The position numbers and the translations under genes are program-made. From Promethearchaeia archaeon (GTDB taxonomy: Archaea; Asgardarchaeota; Lokiarchaeia; Sigyniarchaeales; SOKP01): a stretch of 61,474 nt of DNA. The notes under the pieces were generated by a model, which was given only the letters and a program-made list of their open reading frames with translations, made no database searches and was not told where the DNA came from. The stretch is from positions 1 through 61,474 of the forward strand of contig JAHQWL010000011.1 of the NCBI GenBank assembly GCA_029856155.1. The letters run 5' to 3'. Within the stretch, counting starts at the first letter, position 1, and each line of letters opens with the position of its first letter. Shown piece by piece: positions 21,764 to 30,826 of this stretch.

Positions 21764-23395
21764 TTATAAGCTCGAGATAACTCTCCTTATTTTATTTATT
21801 CTTGAAGTTATATTATCTAATTTCTCCCTAAGTTCTTCACTTCGATTTTGATATTCAGAATCGTTGATGGAACCTGCATTATAACTTTTTTCTATTTCAT
21901 TAAAATTTTTTTCTAATGAATACCGTTTACCTTCAAGAGCAATTAATTCTTGATATAAGGAATCCTTATCCTTAGGAAATTGTTCTGTACTAGTTGGCTC
22001 AGATTCATTGTAACTAGTTTTTTCTGGTTTTGATACACCAAACTCAATAAATGGTTTTGCATCAGGTTTCTTTATAAGTTCTTTTTCTTCTTTTTTCTTC
22101 TTTTTTTCATCCTTCTCTTTCTTTTGTTTTACTGGTAAGGACTCAAAAGTTTCGTTTAACTTAGGTAATTTTTCGGTTGTTTTTTCTCCTACCGATGAGA
22201 ATACATTGAATAAATCTGTACCTGTTGATCTAATTTCTTCAGTTTCAACTTCTTCTATGCTTACGGAAGTAATTTTAGGTTTTGTAGGAATTTCAGGTTG
22301 TTCAACAAGTTTAGGCTTTTTAATAGTAAAAGGTACCTCCTTTTCTTCTTCTAAGACATCTATCTCTATAATTTCAGAGATTAATGAACTCTTTTTTGGT
22401 TTTTCGGGCATATTTGAAAACGTGGGAGGTTCTGGAAGTATTTTAGATCCTTCAGACTCATTAAGGATTTTTGCTATTGATTCAGGTTTTTTTGGCAGTT
22501 CTGAAATCATTTTTGAAATTGGTTTATCTTGAGATTTATCTGATTCTTCTAAAATTCCCAGAACTGATTTTAGTTCTTTAGAGGGTTCTGAAATAATTTT
22601 TGGTTCTGATAATTTTGATAATGGTTTTAAATCTTCAGATTTAGGAATTTCTGCTTTTTCAATCTTTGGTTTTTTTTCAAAAATAGAGGGAACTTTTAAT
22701 TTTTCTAACTCTTCTTCAATTTTCATTTGTACTTGTTTCATAGATTTTATTCCGATCTTTTCTATGGGTTTTTCTGCTTCACGCTTAATAGGTGCTTTAA
22801 TGTGAGGAGCTTTTTCAGGTTTTTTAATAATAGGAATTTTAATTTTCGGGGGAGGTAACTTCACATCTTTTTTTGGTGTAATCTTTTTTATTATTTTCAT
22901 TTGAGAGACATGCTTAAGCGTCTCATCTTTCCTTTCTAATTCGAGTTTTAAACCATTAATCTCATGTTTAAGATCATCAATCTCTCCTTTAAATTGTTCA
23001 GAAACCTTACCAACAATTTCATCAATATCTATACTAGCAGTTTCTAAATCTTCATGTAAGCGCGCGGTTGGTGATTCTTTGATTTCTTCTTCAGGGTGAA
23101 ATTCAGGAGCTTCACCAGTGATATTTATTATTTTTTGTATATAATCAGGTAATTCAGATTCTACAAACCAAAGATCTAAAGTGTCCCAACTGTCTAATTT
23201 ATTCAATGAATCTTCAATAAGATTCATATTAGATTCTGTTTGGAACGAATTCACAGTTTTTAAGGTTTGTATCTTCTCAATTAGTTTCACTCGAGCAGTT
23301 ATTTCATCATCGGGAGTTGGCTCTCCTTGTATTAAGTATAAATAAATATCCTTAATCTCTTGAACAATCGATTCGAACTTTTCTTCTTCACTCAT
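21764..23395 (-). CDS. Large protein with N-terminal helical domain, coiled coil, long P/E/K-rich disordered linker and C-terminal helical hairpin
   Basis: Composition and heptad pattern; no family recognised. Confidence 0.75.
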   Translation of the reverse strand: MSEEEKFESIVQEIKDIYLYLIQGEPTPDDEITARVKLIEKIQTLKTVNSFQTESNMNLIEDSLNKLDSWDTLDLWFVESELPDYIQKIINITGEAPEFHPEEEIKESPTARLHEDLETASIDIDEIVGKVSEQFKGEIDDLKHEINGLKLELERKDETLKHVSQMKIIKKITPKKDVKLPPPKIKIPIIKKPEKAPHIKAPIKREAEKPIEKIGIKSMKQVQMKIEEELEKLKVPSIFEKKPKIEKAEIPKSEDLKPLSKLSEPKIISEPSKELKSVLGILEESDKSQDKPISKMISELPKKPESIAKILNESEGSKILPEPPTFSNMPEKPKKSSLISEIIEIDVLEEEKEVPFTIKKPKLVEQPEIPTKPKITSVSIEEVETEEIRSTGTDLFNVFSSVGEKTTEKLPKLNETFESLPVKQKKEKDEKKKKKEEKELIKKPDAKPFIEFGVSKPEKTSYNESEPTSTEQFPKDKDSLYQELIALEGKRYSLEKNFNEIEKSYNAGSINDSEYQNRSEELREKLDNITSRINKIRRVISSL

Positions 23396-23538
23396 GAAGG
23401 CTTACTTGAATGGTTTAATTTAATTATCTCTTAAAATATCTCTTTAAGTATTTAAAAACATTTCACTAATATATTTCTTTCCGATGTTAAAGATAATTAA
23501 ATCTTAAAAATTCATTAGCATTAATAATTCTTAAAAAA

Positions 23539-23766
23539 ATAATTACGAATGCAGCTTTTCTTTCAGTCGGGAACTATTGGTTGGAAATCACTGCTGAAGA
23601 TCAACATGGGAATGCAATTATCACATCCATAAAGATATCAGTAGATGATAACTCAGTTGAACCTCCAAAAATCCCCGGTTTTCAAATTTACTTGCTCTTA
23701 ATAATTATCCTCTTAACTTGGATGGGACTAATATATTACAACAAATCTAAATTCAATTTAGTCTAA
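23539..23766 (+). pseudogene. C-terminal remnant of a cell-surface protein (Ig-like strand + IPGF-TM-basic sorting signal)
   Basis: IITNAAFLSVGNYWLEITAEDQHGN...KIPGFQIYLLLIIILLTWMGLIYYNKSK; no signal peptide; no ATG between the stop at 23494 and the domain. Confidence 0.7.
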
Positions 23767-24042
23767 GGATAATAATTTCTTTTTTTTCTTATTTTATTTA
23801 TTTCTGATGATCCCAAAACCTATAAATACAAGTCAATTTAACTAAAAACATACGCCAATTTTTCGAGGATTTGAAGATATAATTAACATCTAACTCCTTT
23901 TTTAATTATTCAAAGGAATTTTCATTGAAATCAGACGCTGAATTTACCTTTCCATCCAATTTCAATCTTCTTTTTTAGGAGGGGGCACCACGGGGGAGGG
24001 AGAAGAAGTAAAAAAAAGTGTTTTTAACTTTTACCAACCGTA

Positions 24043-24346
24043 TCACAATTTTTCTTCTGGAACTTTTACATGCTCCCCTGATAGGGTTTCAAGATATTCG
24101 TCTTCACCCTCGTCGAGGTATGTGAAGCTAAATCCTGCCTTTATGGCAATATCCAATATCATCAGTAATGAATGAAGCATAATCATCCCCTACAGCACCA
24201 TCATCACTTAATTCAATCCCCCATTCCTTCCATTCTCTAAATTGTTTGGCAAGTGCTTCGAAAATGTCAATAAAATCATCAATGGTGCCAGCATTTGCCG
24301 TTATCCATTTATTCCTCCATGTGGTCGTATAAATTGTTTTTGGAAT
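24043..24346 (-). pseudogene. Frameshifted small acidic hypothetical protein
   Basis: IPKTIYTTTWRNKWITANAGTIDDFIDIFE...FITDD continues after removing 1 nt near 24155 as MDIAIKAGFSFTYLDEGEDEYLETLSGEHVKVPEEKL*; span is 3n+1; AGGTG upstream. Confidence 0.6.
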
Positions 24347-24369
24347 TTTATTACACCTTTATAATTTGA

Positions 24370-24735
24370 TTGTTGAATTTTATATTACATTTACATAATT
24401 TTGACAGTTTGTATGATGCATGGAAAGATTTAACATCAGAAGAACAAAAAGAAGTTGCCTATTTACAAGGTGTAAAGCATGAGCTTTTTAGACTATTGCG
24501 CAAATCTATTTGTGTTTGTCCTTTATGTACTAATGAAGATAAAAATATGGTTTTTATCCCTGATCACGAAAGTTGGTATTGTACTGAATGTCAAGAAAAA
24601 GGTCTTATCTGGTATCACCCTATGGGAAGCGAAGAAGATAGAAGACAGCATGATTATATTAATTATTACTATGAACAGAAAGAAAAATTTATAAAAAGAT
24701 ACCTTGCTAAAGAAAAGTCAAGTTCAAATGAATAG
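24370..24735 (+). CDS. Putative zinc-finger protein
   Basis: CVCPLC...WYCTEC; start codon uncertain. Confidence 0.6.
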   Translation: MLNFILHLHNFDSLYDAWKDLTSEEQKEVAYLQGVKHELFRLLRKSICVCPLCTNEDKNMVFIPDHESWYCTECQEKGLIWYHPMGSEEDRRQHDYINYYYEQKEKFIKRYLAKEKSSSNE

Positions 24736-24776
24736 ATTAGCTATTTTTTCAAAGAGAGCAATCTCCTTAGAGGTTT

Positions 24777-25172
24777 TTATACCCTACGGCCCCTGTGACC
24801 CCCTTTTCTGCGGCAGTGGTCATGCGATCGAGGGGTTACTTCTTCTATCCTCCCGACTTGTAGACCGGCACGAGCGAGAGCGCGAATGCAAGCTTGAGCT
24901 CCAGGACCTGGGGTTTGTGATCTATTTCCACCAGGAGCCCTAACTTTAATATGAATCCCCCGAACACCCTTATCTCTTAGGTCGTTAGCTACTCTAAAGC
25001 CGCACTGCATAGCGGCGTATGGAGATGATTCATCTCGGCTAGCTTTAACGACCATTCCAGCAGTGCATTTTGCAAGCGTTTCCGCACCCGAAAGATCCGT
25101 AGCAGTTACGAGGGTATTATTATAAGAACTGAATATATGCACGATTGCCCATTTAGTCTCTTCTCTACTCAA
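24777..25172 (-). CDS. rps11: 30S ribosomal protein uS11
   Basis: [32 protein letters not shown]. Confidence 0.98.
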   Translation of the reverse strand: MSREETKWAIVHIFSSYNNTLVTATDLSGAETLAKCTAGMVVKASRDESSPYAAMQCGFRVANDLRDKGVRGIHIKVRAPGGNRSQTPGPGAQACIRALARAGLQVGRIEEVTPRSHDHCRRKGGHRGRRV

Positions 25173-25184
25173 TTTTTTTCACCA

Positions 25185-25688
25185 TTAACTTTTTTCTTTT
25201 AGTTCTGTATATGGACTCTTAGGAGCGAAGCGAATAAAAGCTTCTTCATCCTTTTTTACAATATAGGAAGGGGCATTAATTTTTTTCCCTCCGACTTGTA
25301 TATGCCCATGAGTGATATATTGTCTTGCTTGATATACTGTACTTGCGTAACCTTTTTCATAAACAAGAGTTTGTAATCTTCTCTTTAATAAGTCTTCTGT
25401 ACTAAGAAGCAGGATATCTTCAAACTCAGCTTCTGATCCAATAATTCCCAACCGGTTTAATTTACGAATTAAGGTCTGTTGAACTTCTACAGCTTGTTCT
25501 TTAGATAACGATCTAGACTGTCGAGCGATATTACGCCAGTTTCCTAGCATCGTACGCATTTTCCAGTATTCTCGTTTGTTTCTAAGTCCATATTTACCTA
25601 AAAATTCGAGTTCTTCTGTGATTCGATCTTTTTGAAATGGATGTTTTGGTTTCTTAAATTTCTTTTTTAAACGTCTTGGATCTCCCAT
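25185..25688 (-). CDS. rps4: 30S ribosomal protein uS4
   Basis: MGDPRR, YGLRNKRE, RRLQT, QARQYITHGHI. Confidence 0.98.
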   Translation of the reverse strand: MGDPRRLKKKFKKPKHPFQKDRITEELEFLGKYGLRNKREYWKMRTMLGNWRNIARQSRSLSKEQAVEVQQTLIRKLNRLGIIGSEAEFEDILLLSTEDLLKRRLQTLVYEKGYASTVYQARQYITHGHIQVGGKKINAPSYIVKKDEEAFIRFAPKSPYTELKEKS

Positions 25689-25699
25689 TTTTCCACCTT

Positions 25700-26191
25700 T
25701 TATTGTTGTTGTTGACGTTTTTTCCTTCGCACGACACCAATAACTAATCCATGACGACCAGTACTTCTAGTTCGTTGTCCACGAACCTTTAATTTTAAGT
25801 GATGTCGAACACCTTTATAGCTTTTAATTTTCTTCATTCTGTCAATGTCTCTTTTGACGGTAATCTCTAATTTATTTCCTATGATGTGAAGATCTTCACC
25901 AGTACGTAAATCTTTTGGTCGATTTACCATCCAATTAGGAACCCCATTTTCAATAGGATTTAAGATAATTTCTTCGAGTCTATTCAAATCTTTTTCAGAA
26001 ATTGCCCCTATCCTTAAATTTGGGTCGATTCCCGCCAATTTAGTGATGACTTGAGCGAATCTTCTACCAATACCACTAATTTGTGTTAAACCATGTTCAA
26101 CTTTAGCATTTCCATCTACTTGGGATCTTAATTTACGAAAAAACACCTTTTCGCGGAAATTTTTAGGTCGAACCGCAGATATAGAACTCAT
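25700..26191 (-). CDS. rps13: 30S ribosomal protein uS13
   Basis: GIGRRFA, WMVNRPKD, SYKGVRH, VRGQRTRSTGR. Confidence 0.98.
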   Translation of the reverse strand: MSSISAVRPKNFREKVFFRKLRSQVDGNAKVEHGLTQISGIGRRFAQVITKLAGIDPNLRIGAISEKDLNRLEEIILNPIENGVPNWMVNRPKDLRTGEDLHIIGNKLEITVKRDIDRMKKIKSYKGVRHHLKLKVRGQRTRSTGRHGLVIGVVRRKKRQQQQ

Positions 26192-26322
26192 ATGAATTCA
26201 ATTAATTAGTATTATATTTTCTTCTATGATTTAATGTTAGTAAATACAGAATTTAATATTAAATTTTTGGTTTTACCTATGGATAAATTATAGAATTAGC
26301 AAATATCTTTAAATAAAATTAC

Positions 26323-27822
26323 CTAGTAATTCGGTACTCTTACACTTTCTTCTTTTTTTGAATTAATGTGTTTATTACTTTTACTTTTTTTAGAACCCGC
26401 GATTTTTTGTAATAATGATAAACCGGGTTTCACTTCCGCTATAGGCTTCGACTCAATTAAGTCGTTTTCAATCAATTTATTATAGAGTTTTTTTCCTTTT
26501 TCAGTTCTAATAAGTACCGTATTCCATCCTGATGGAGACCCTATTGATCCAATTGAAATATCTGCGGATTCAGAGGTTAAATCGTAACAAATTTCACAAT
26601 CTTCTCGAGCTAAGTGTGAGATTTCTTTAATCGGAATGTTTAATTCTTCATCATTTTTTGTATATATAAAGAACTTTCCTTTATTGATATCCATTTTTTT
26701 TGCATTCTTAATATCCACATTCAATTTCTTACATATTTCCAAAAGTGACTCATAAGAAAATGATTCCATACAGAAGATTCCAATTTTATACTTAATAGTA
26801 TTTAAGGAGGGGATTCCAATATTGTAAAGCTCAGATTTTAAAATAGCTTGCATTTGACAAGGAACTCCTACTACCGCGATTTTTTTATTTTTTAGTTCCT
26901 TTTGATTTAGTATTTGCAAGTTAGGATTGTTTACATATTTAGTTCCAGCTGTTAATAGGATGTCTTCCTTATTTTTTAGTATTACTGGTTCAGGTCGCCA
27001 TAATGTATTACTCATTTTTGCTCCTAACGCAAAATCGATTTCATTTTTATCAAAAAGATAATGTAAACAAGTACTTGAAATTCCTCCATCTTGACATATC
27101 ATCGAAATTTCTTTTATTTTTGTTCTTGCTGAATAGGCTTCAAGAAAATGTCCAATCTTCTCATAATCTTTAATCTTGGAAGCTTTTTCTTGTGTCATAT
27201 TTAAAATTTTCATGGGTAAAAAAGTTCTTGGACAAACAAAATAACACAGTCCACAGCGAATACACTTATCTTCATCAATTTTCCCAAAACCATTATAAAT
27301 ATGAAGGCAATTCACAGGACATATTCCCGCACACAAACCACAACCAGAACAAATTTTAGAATCAAAAATCACTTTTACTGGTTCATATATAGGTTTTAAT
27401 TGTGAAATTGGATCATCATTAATTTTTATTGAATAATCTTTAAAGATGAATTTAGCAGGATTATTTTCGTCTCCTTCAATTTCATCAACTAATTCTTCAA
27501 GAAGTATTAGTTTTTCATTTTTAAGTAATTCTAGTAAACATAATGTTTTACTTAACTCAATAGAGTTAAGATCAGAAAATTTAATTAGAGTTTTTAAATT
27601 ATTTTTAGAATTATTTTTTAAATCATTAAATAGGGAATATTTTAGCTTTTCTTCATCTAACATTCTATAAAGGATAATATCATATTGAGATTCATCATAT
27701 ATTCCCGCTTTTAAAATGTCTTGCTTAGCATCTATTAGTGCTCTAATTCTATATGAATCTAAAGCATCTGCTACATTTTTTAAAAATTCCCATGAAAAAT
27801 TTTCTTCAAGATTCATAATCAT
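26323..27822 (-). CDS. Coenzyme F420 hydrogenase/dehydrogenase beta subunit (FrhB/FdhB family) with 2x[4Fe-4S] domain and ~140 aa N-terminal extension
   Basis: CSGCGLCAGICP and CIRCGLCYFVCP ferredoxin motifs; QDGG, AGTKY, VGVPCQ, GIFCMESF, ADISIGSIGSP. Confidence 0.9.
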   Translation of the reverse strand: MIMNLEENFSWEFLKNVADALDSYRIRALIDAKQDILKAGIYDESQYDIILYRMLDEEKLKYSLFNDLKNNSKNNLKTLIKFSDLNSIELSKTLCLLELLKNEKLILLEELVDEIEGDENNPAKFIFKDYSIKINDDPISQLKPIYEPVKVIFDSKICSGCGLCAGICPVNCLHIYNGFGKIDEDKCIRCGLCYFVCPRTFLPMKILNMTQEKASKIKDYEKIGHFLEAYSARTKIKEISMICQDGGISSTCLHYLFDKNEIDFALGAKMSNTLWRPEPVILKNKEDILLTAGTKYVNNPNLQILNQKELKNKKIAVVGVPCQMQAILKSELYNIGIPSLNTIKYKIGIFCMESFSYESLLEICKKLNVDIKNAKKMDINKGKFFIYTKNDEELNIPIKEISHLAREDCEICYDLTSESADISIGSIGSPSGWNTVLIRTEKGKKLYNKLIENDLIESKPIAEVKPGLSLLQKIAGSKKSKSNKHINSKKEESVRVPNY

Positions 27823-27848
27823 TTTAAATTATTATAATTCTAAATTTT

Positions 27849-27919
27849 TCCGAAAACCCGAGCAAGGGGTTAGTTGCTTTTCAACTATAATTTTCTTGAA
27901 AAGTTCATACTATTTCGGA
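27849..27919 (-). promoter_or_regulatory. Candidate SECIS-like RNA structure at the 3' end of mvhD
   Basis: mRNA can pair UCCGAAA/UUUCGGA, UAGU/ACUA, CUUUUCAA/UUGAAAAG and ACCC/GGGU; AUGAA internal loop, A-rich apical loop; lies directly after genes with in-frame UGAs. Confidence 0.55.
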
Positions 27920-28338
27920 TTGAATTTTGGAAGAGGAGGGAGTGCATTAATTTTAACGGACATATCTTCAACTGAATTTACAAATTTTTCAACTTCTGCT
28001 GCTGAACAGAAATACTGTTGAACCCGATCTTCAGAAATACCTTCATGTTTTAATAATTTCTTTAAAGTAAGTACATGTTCATATGTATTAATATTACCGT
28101 TACCAAATTCGCATTCACCTTCTTTTCAAGAAATTATTGCTACTCCATCAGCACCATTTAAGAAAGCTTCCATAATTAAATGTATTCCTATTCGTCCAGT
28201 GCATCTTACTCTAATGAGATGAAAATCTGTAGAGTATGATTTTCTTGTTGTGCCGGTTAAATCTGCTACAGAATAACCTCACTTATCACAACCAAAAGCA
28301 ACTATTCTTCTAGAAGTATTATCCTTTTTTATAGACAT
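27910..28338 (-). CDS. mvhD: MvhD/VhuD hydrogenase iron-sulfur subunit, selenoprotein with 2 Sec (UGA at 28279-28281 and 28126-28128); not in ORF track
   Basis: Manual translation MSIKKDNTSRRIVAFGCDK-U-GYSVADLTG...IRVRCTGRI...AFLNGADGVAIIS-U-KEGECEFGNGN...GISEDRV...CSAAE...*; 142 aa; both UGAs sit at MvhD Cys positions (CxxC; GCxxGxC). Confidence 0.93.
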
Positions 28339-28359
28339 TCTTTTTAACCTCTAATTTAT

Positions 28360-30357
28360 TTATTCTTCAATACTTTCAGGAATTCTTTCTACAGTTTCTA
28401 ATTCAGTGCTGCCAATACCTTTAAGTTCCTGAGCAAATTGCTTATCTCGATAATATTTCAAGTCAATAGCTCTTGCTGGGCAAGAAGATACACATACACC
28501 GCAACCTTTACATTTTAAATCATTGACTTCAGCGATTTCATTTTCATTAACTTTTATTGCTTCATAGAAACACAGTTTTTCACACCTATGACATCCCATA
28601 CATAGTTCTTCATTTACTTCAGCAATAATTAATTCTTGTTTTATTGTGTCATGAGATAAAATAGTAGCAACTTTACTTGCAGCAGCTAAAGCAGAAGATA
28701 CTGAATATGGAATATTTTTTGGTCCAGCAGCACATCCAGCGATATAAATTCCAATATCTTTCGTTTCTTGTGGGCTTAGACACCCATGAATTTCTGAAAG
28801 AAATCCTCCTGGACCTTTACTTAATCCCATTACTTCGACCATTTCTTCAGTTCCTTTGGAAGGAATCATTCCTGTAGATAATACAACTAAATCAGCGTCA
28901 ATCTTTACTATCTCACCAGTTAAAGATGAATATGCTCTGACTTTTAATTTGTTAGTTTTATTATCCTCTATTATCTCGCCTACTTTTCCTCTAATCATTC
29001 GTATCCCTGATTCTCTTACATTTCTATAATATTCTTCATTTCCCTTATCGGTTGTTCGAATATCAATATAAAATATAATCACATCCATGTCGGGATATTC
29101 TTGTTTCAGTAATTGGGCATTTTTAAGCGCCACACTACAGCAAACAAAAGAACAATATGGATTAGCATTAACATCTCTAGACCCAACACATTGAACCATT
29201 ACTACGTTTTTTGGTGTTTCTCCATTGGAAATTCGATATACATGTCCTCCTGTAGGTCCAATAGGACTTAATAATCTTTCTAATTCTATTTGTGTAATCA
29301 CATCGGGATAAAATCCATAATTATATTCGTTGGATTTCCATATTGGATACTCATCCCAGCCTGTCGCTATAATTACTGCTCCAACATTAATGTCGATAAA
29401 TTCTGTTTCTTGCTCAAAATTAATTGCTTCAGCAGGGCATATTCGCTCACAATTTTTGCAATCAATACAAACACTTCTATCCATAACAGCTAATTTCGGT
29501 ACTGCTTGGGGAAATGGAATATAGATTGCTCCTCTTTCACCAATACCTCTATCAAACTCACTAGGAACTTTAATAGGACATTTTGTTGTACATAATCCAC
29601 AACCAGTACATTTTCTCTCGTCAACATACCGAGCATTCTTTCTAATCTTAGCCTTATAATTTCCGGGGATACCACTGAATTCTATAACATCACTATAGGT
29701 AAATAAATTTATATTGGGATGTTTTGACGCATTAACCATTATTGGTGCCAGAACTCATATTCCGCAATCATCCGTTGGATATATCCTATCTAATTGTGCC
29801 ATTTTTCCCCCAATAGTTGCTTCTTTTTCAATTAAATAGACGGGAATTCCTTGATTGGCTAAATCTAAAGCAGCATTCATTCCAGCAATTCCTGCTCCAA
29901 CAATTAAAACTGCTTTTTCTACAGGAATTTCTTTTCGTGGAATGTTTTCTAATTCACGAGCACGATTAATTCCGGCTCTAACAAGTCTTATAGCTTTTTC
30001 AGTGGCCTTTTGTTTATCGTCTCTATGGACAAAAGAACAATGTTCTCTTAAATTAACCATTTGAAAATAATAAGGACTTAAACCGGCTTCAATTAAAACA
30101 GCTCTATAGGTGGGTTCATGAATTTTTGGGGTACATGCCGCAACTACTACTCTATTCAAATCCTGTTCTAAAATGTCATTTCTGATAGTATTTTGTCCTG
30201 GATCGCTACAAGTAAAAGAGTTTACCCTAGAGATCACTACATTTGGGAGATTTTCAATAGCATTTTTAACCGCATCACAGTCAACAGAAGCTTTTATATT
30301 CACTCCTCACTCACATACATAGACTCCTATTCTCATATTGGTCTGATTTTCAGACAC
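28360..30357 (-). CDS. hdrA: Heterodisulfide reductase subunit A, selenoprotein with 2 Sec (UGA at 30307-30309 and 29755-29757), 665 aa
   Basis: Two ORF-track pieces are in the same frame, joined by DDCGI-U-VLAPIMV; upstream frame reads MRIGVYVCE-U-GVNI (CxC motif); GTG start at 30357 with AGGTGA SD (alternative ATG 30336); GAGIAG FAD motif, QCVGSRD, ferredoxin motifs. Confidence 0.93.
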
Positions 30358-30568
30358 CTAATTCACCTTTTTGTAAAAACTCACCAAAAATTTTTTATTT
30401 ACTTAAAAGACTACATTAAATCTTATTGGTTTATGAAATTATGGAATTAATTTATTTTTTCTGATTAGACTTCAATAAGTGTTAATATATATTTTCTTTT
30501 ATTTCATTTTTAATTTTTAATTAATTCTTCTCGTGAATTTTTTATTGAAAAAATAATTATTTAATATT

Positions 30569-30754
30569 ATGTCAGAGGCAGAAGAAAATAAGAAAGAGAA
30601 TTTTGCAAAAGAGTTTATGATAGAAGAAGGTTTAAAAGGAAAAGCAAGACGAATAAAAATAATGAAGATTATCGATATGGTGGGTTATGACAAAATGAAG
30701 ATTAAAACCGCATTAGCACGTTCCACTATAGCAGATAGGATTCAGCATGAATAA
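30569..30754 (+). CDS. Small hypothetical protein
   Basis: 61 aa, ATG start, charged helical composition; upstream of serS. Confidence 0.6.
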   Translation: MSEAEENKKENFAKEFMIEEGLKGKARRIKIMKIIDMVGYDKMKIKTALARSTIADRIQHE

Positions 30755-30826
30755 TATCAATTTTTATAATCATATTTTTGAATAAATTTCATATTTTAAT
30801 TTAATAATAAAGAAGAGGGAATTATT

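Noticed and set aside
23830-23970. Possible additional gene remnant on the - strand
   Set aside because: Reading frame is interrupted by a stop and I recognise no family; not supportable
27716-28021. 101-aa + strand ORF
   Set aside because: Antisense shadow of the mvhD 3' end and the frhB-like 5' end
28360-30303. hdrA as a split gene or pseudogene (two ORF-track entries)
   Set aside because: The pieces are in one frame separated only by a TGA at a conserved Cys position; four such TGAs in two adjacent genes of known selenoprotein families is not random decay
27910-30357. Genome-wide UGA reassignment (Trp or Gly)
   Set aside because: TGA ends ordinary genes in this window (e.g. 3209-3211, 59070-59072), and the in-frame TGAs align with Cys
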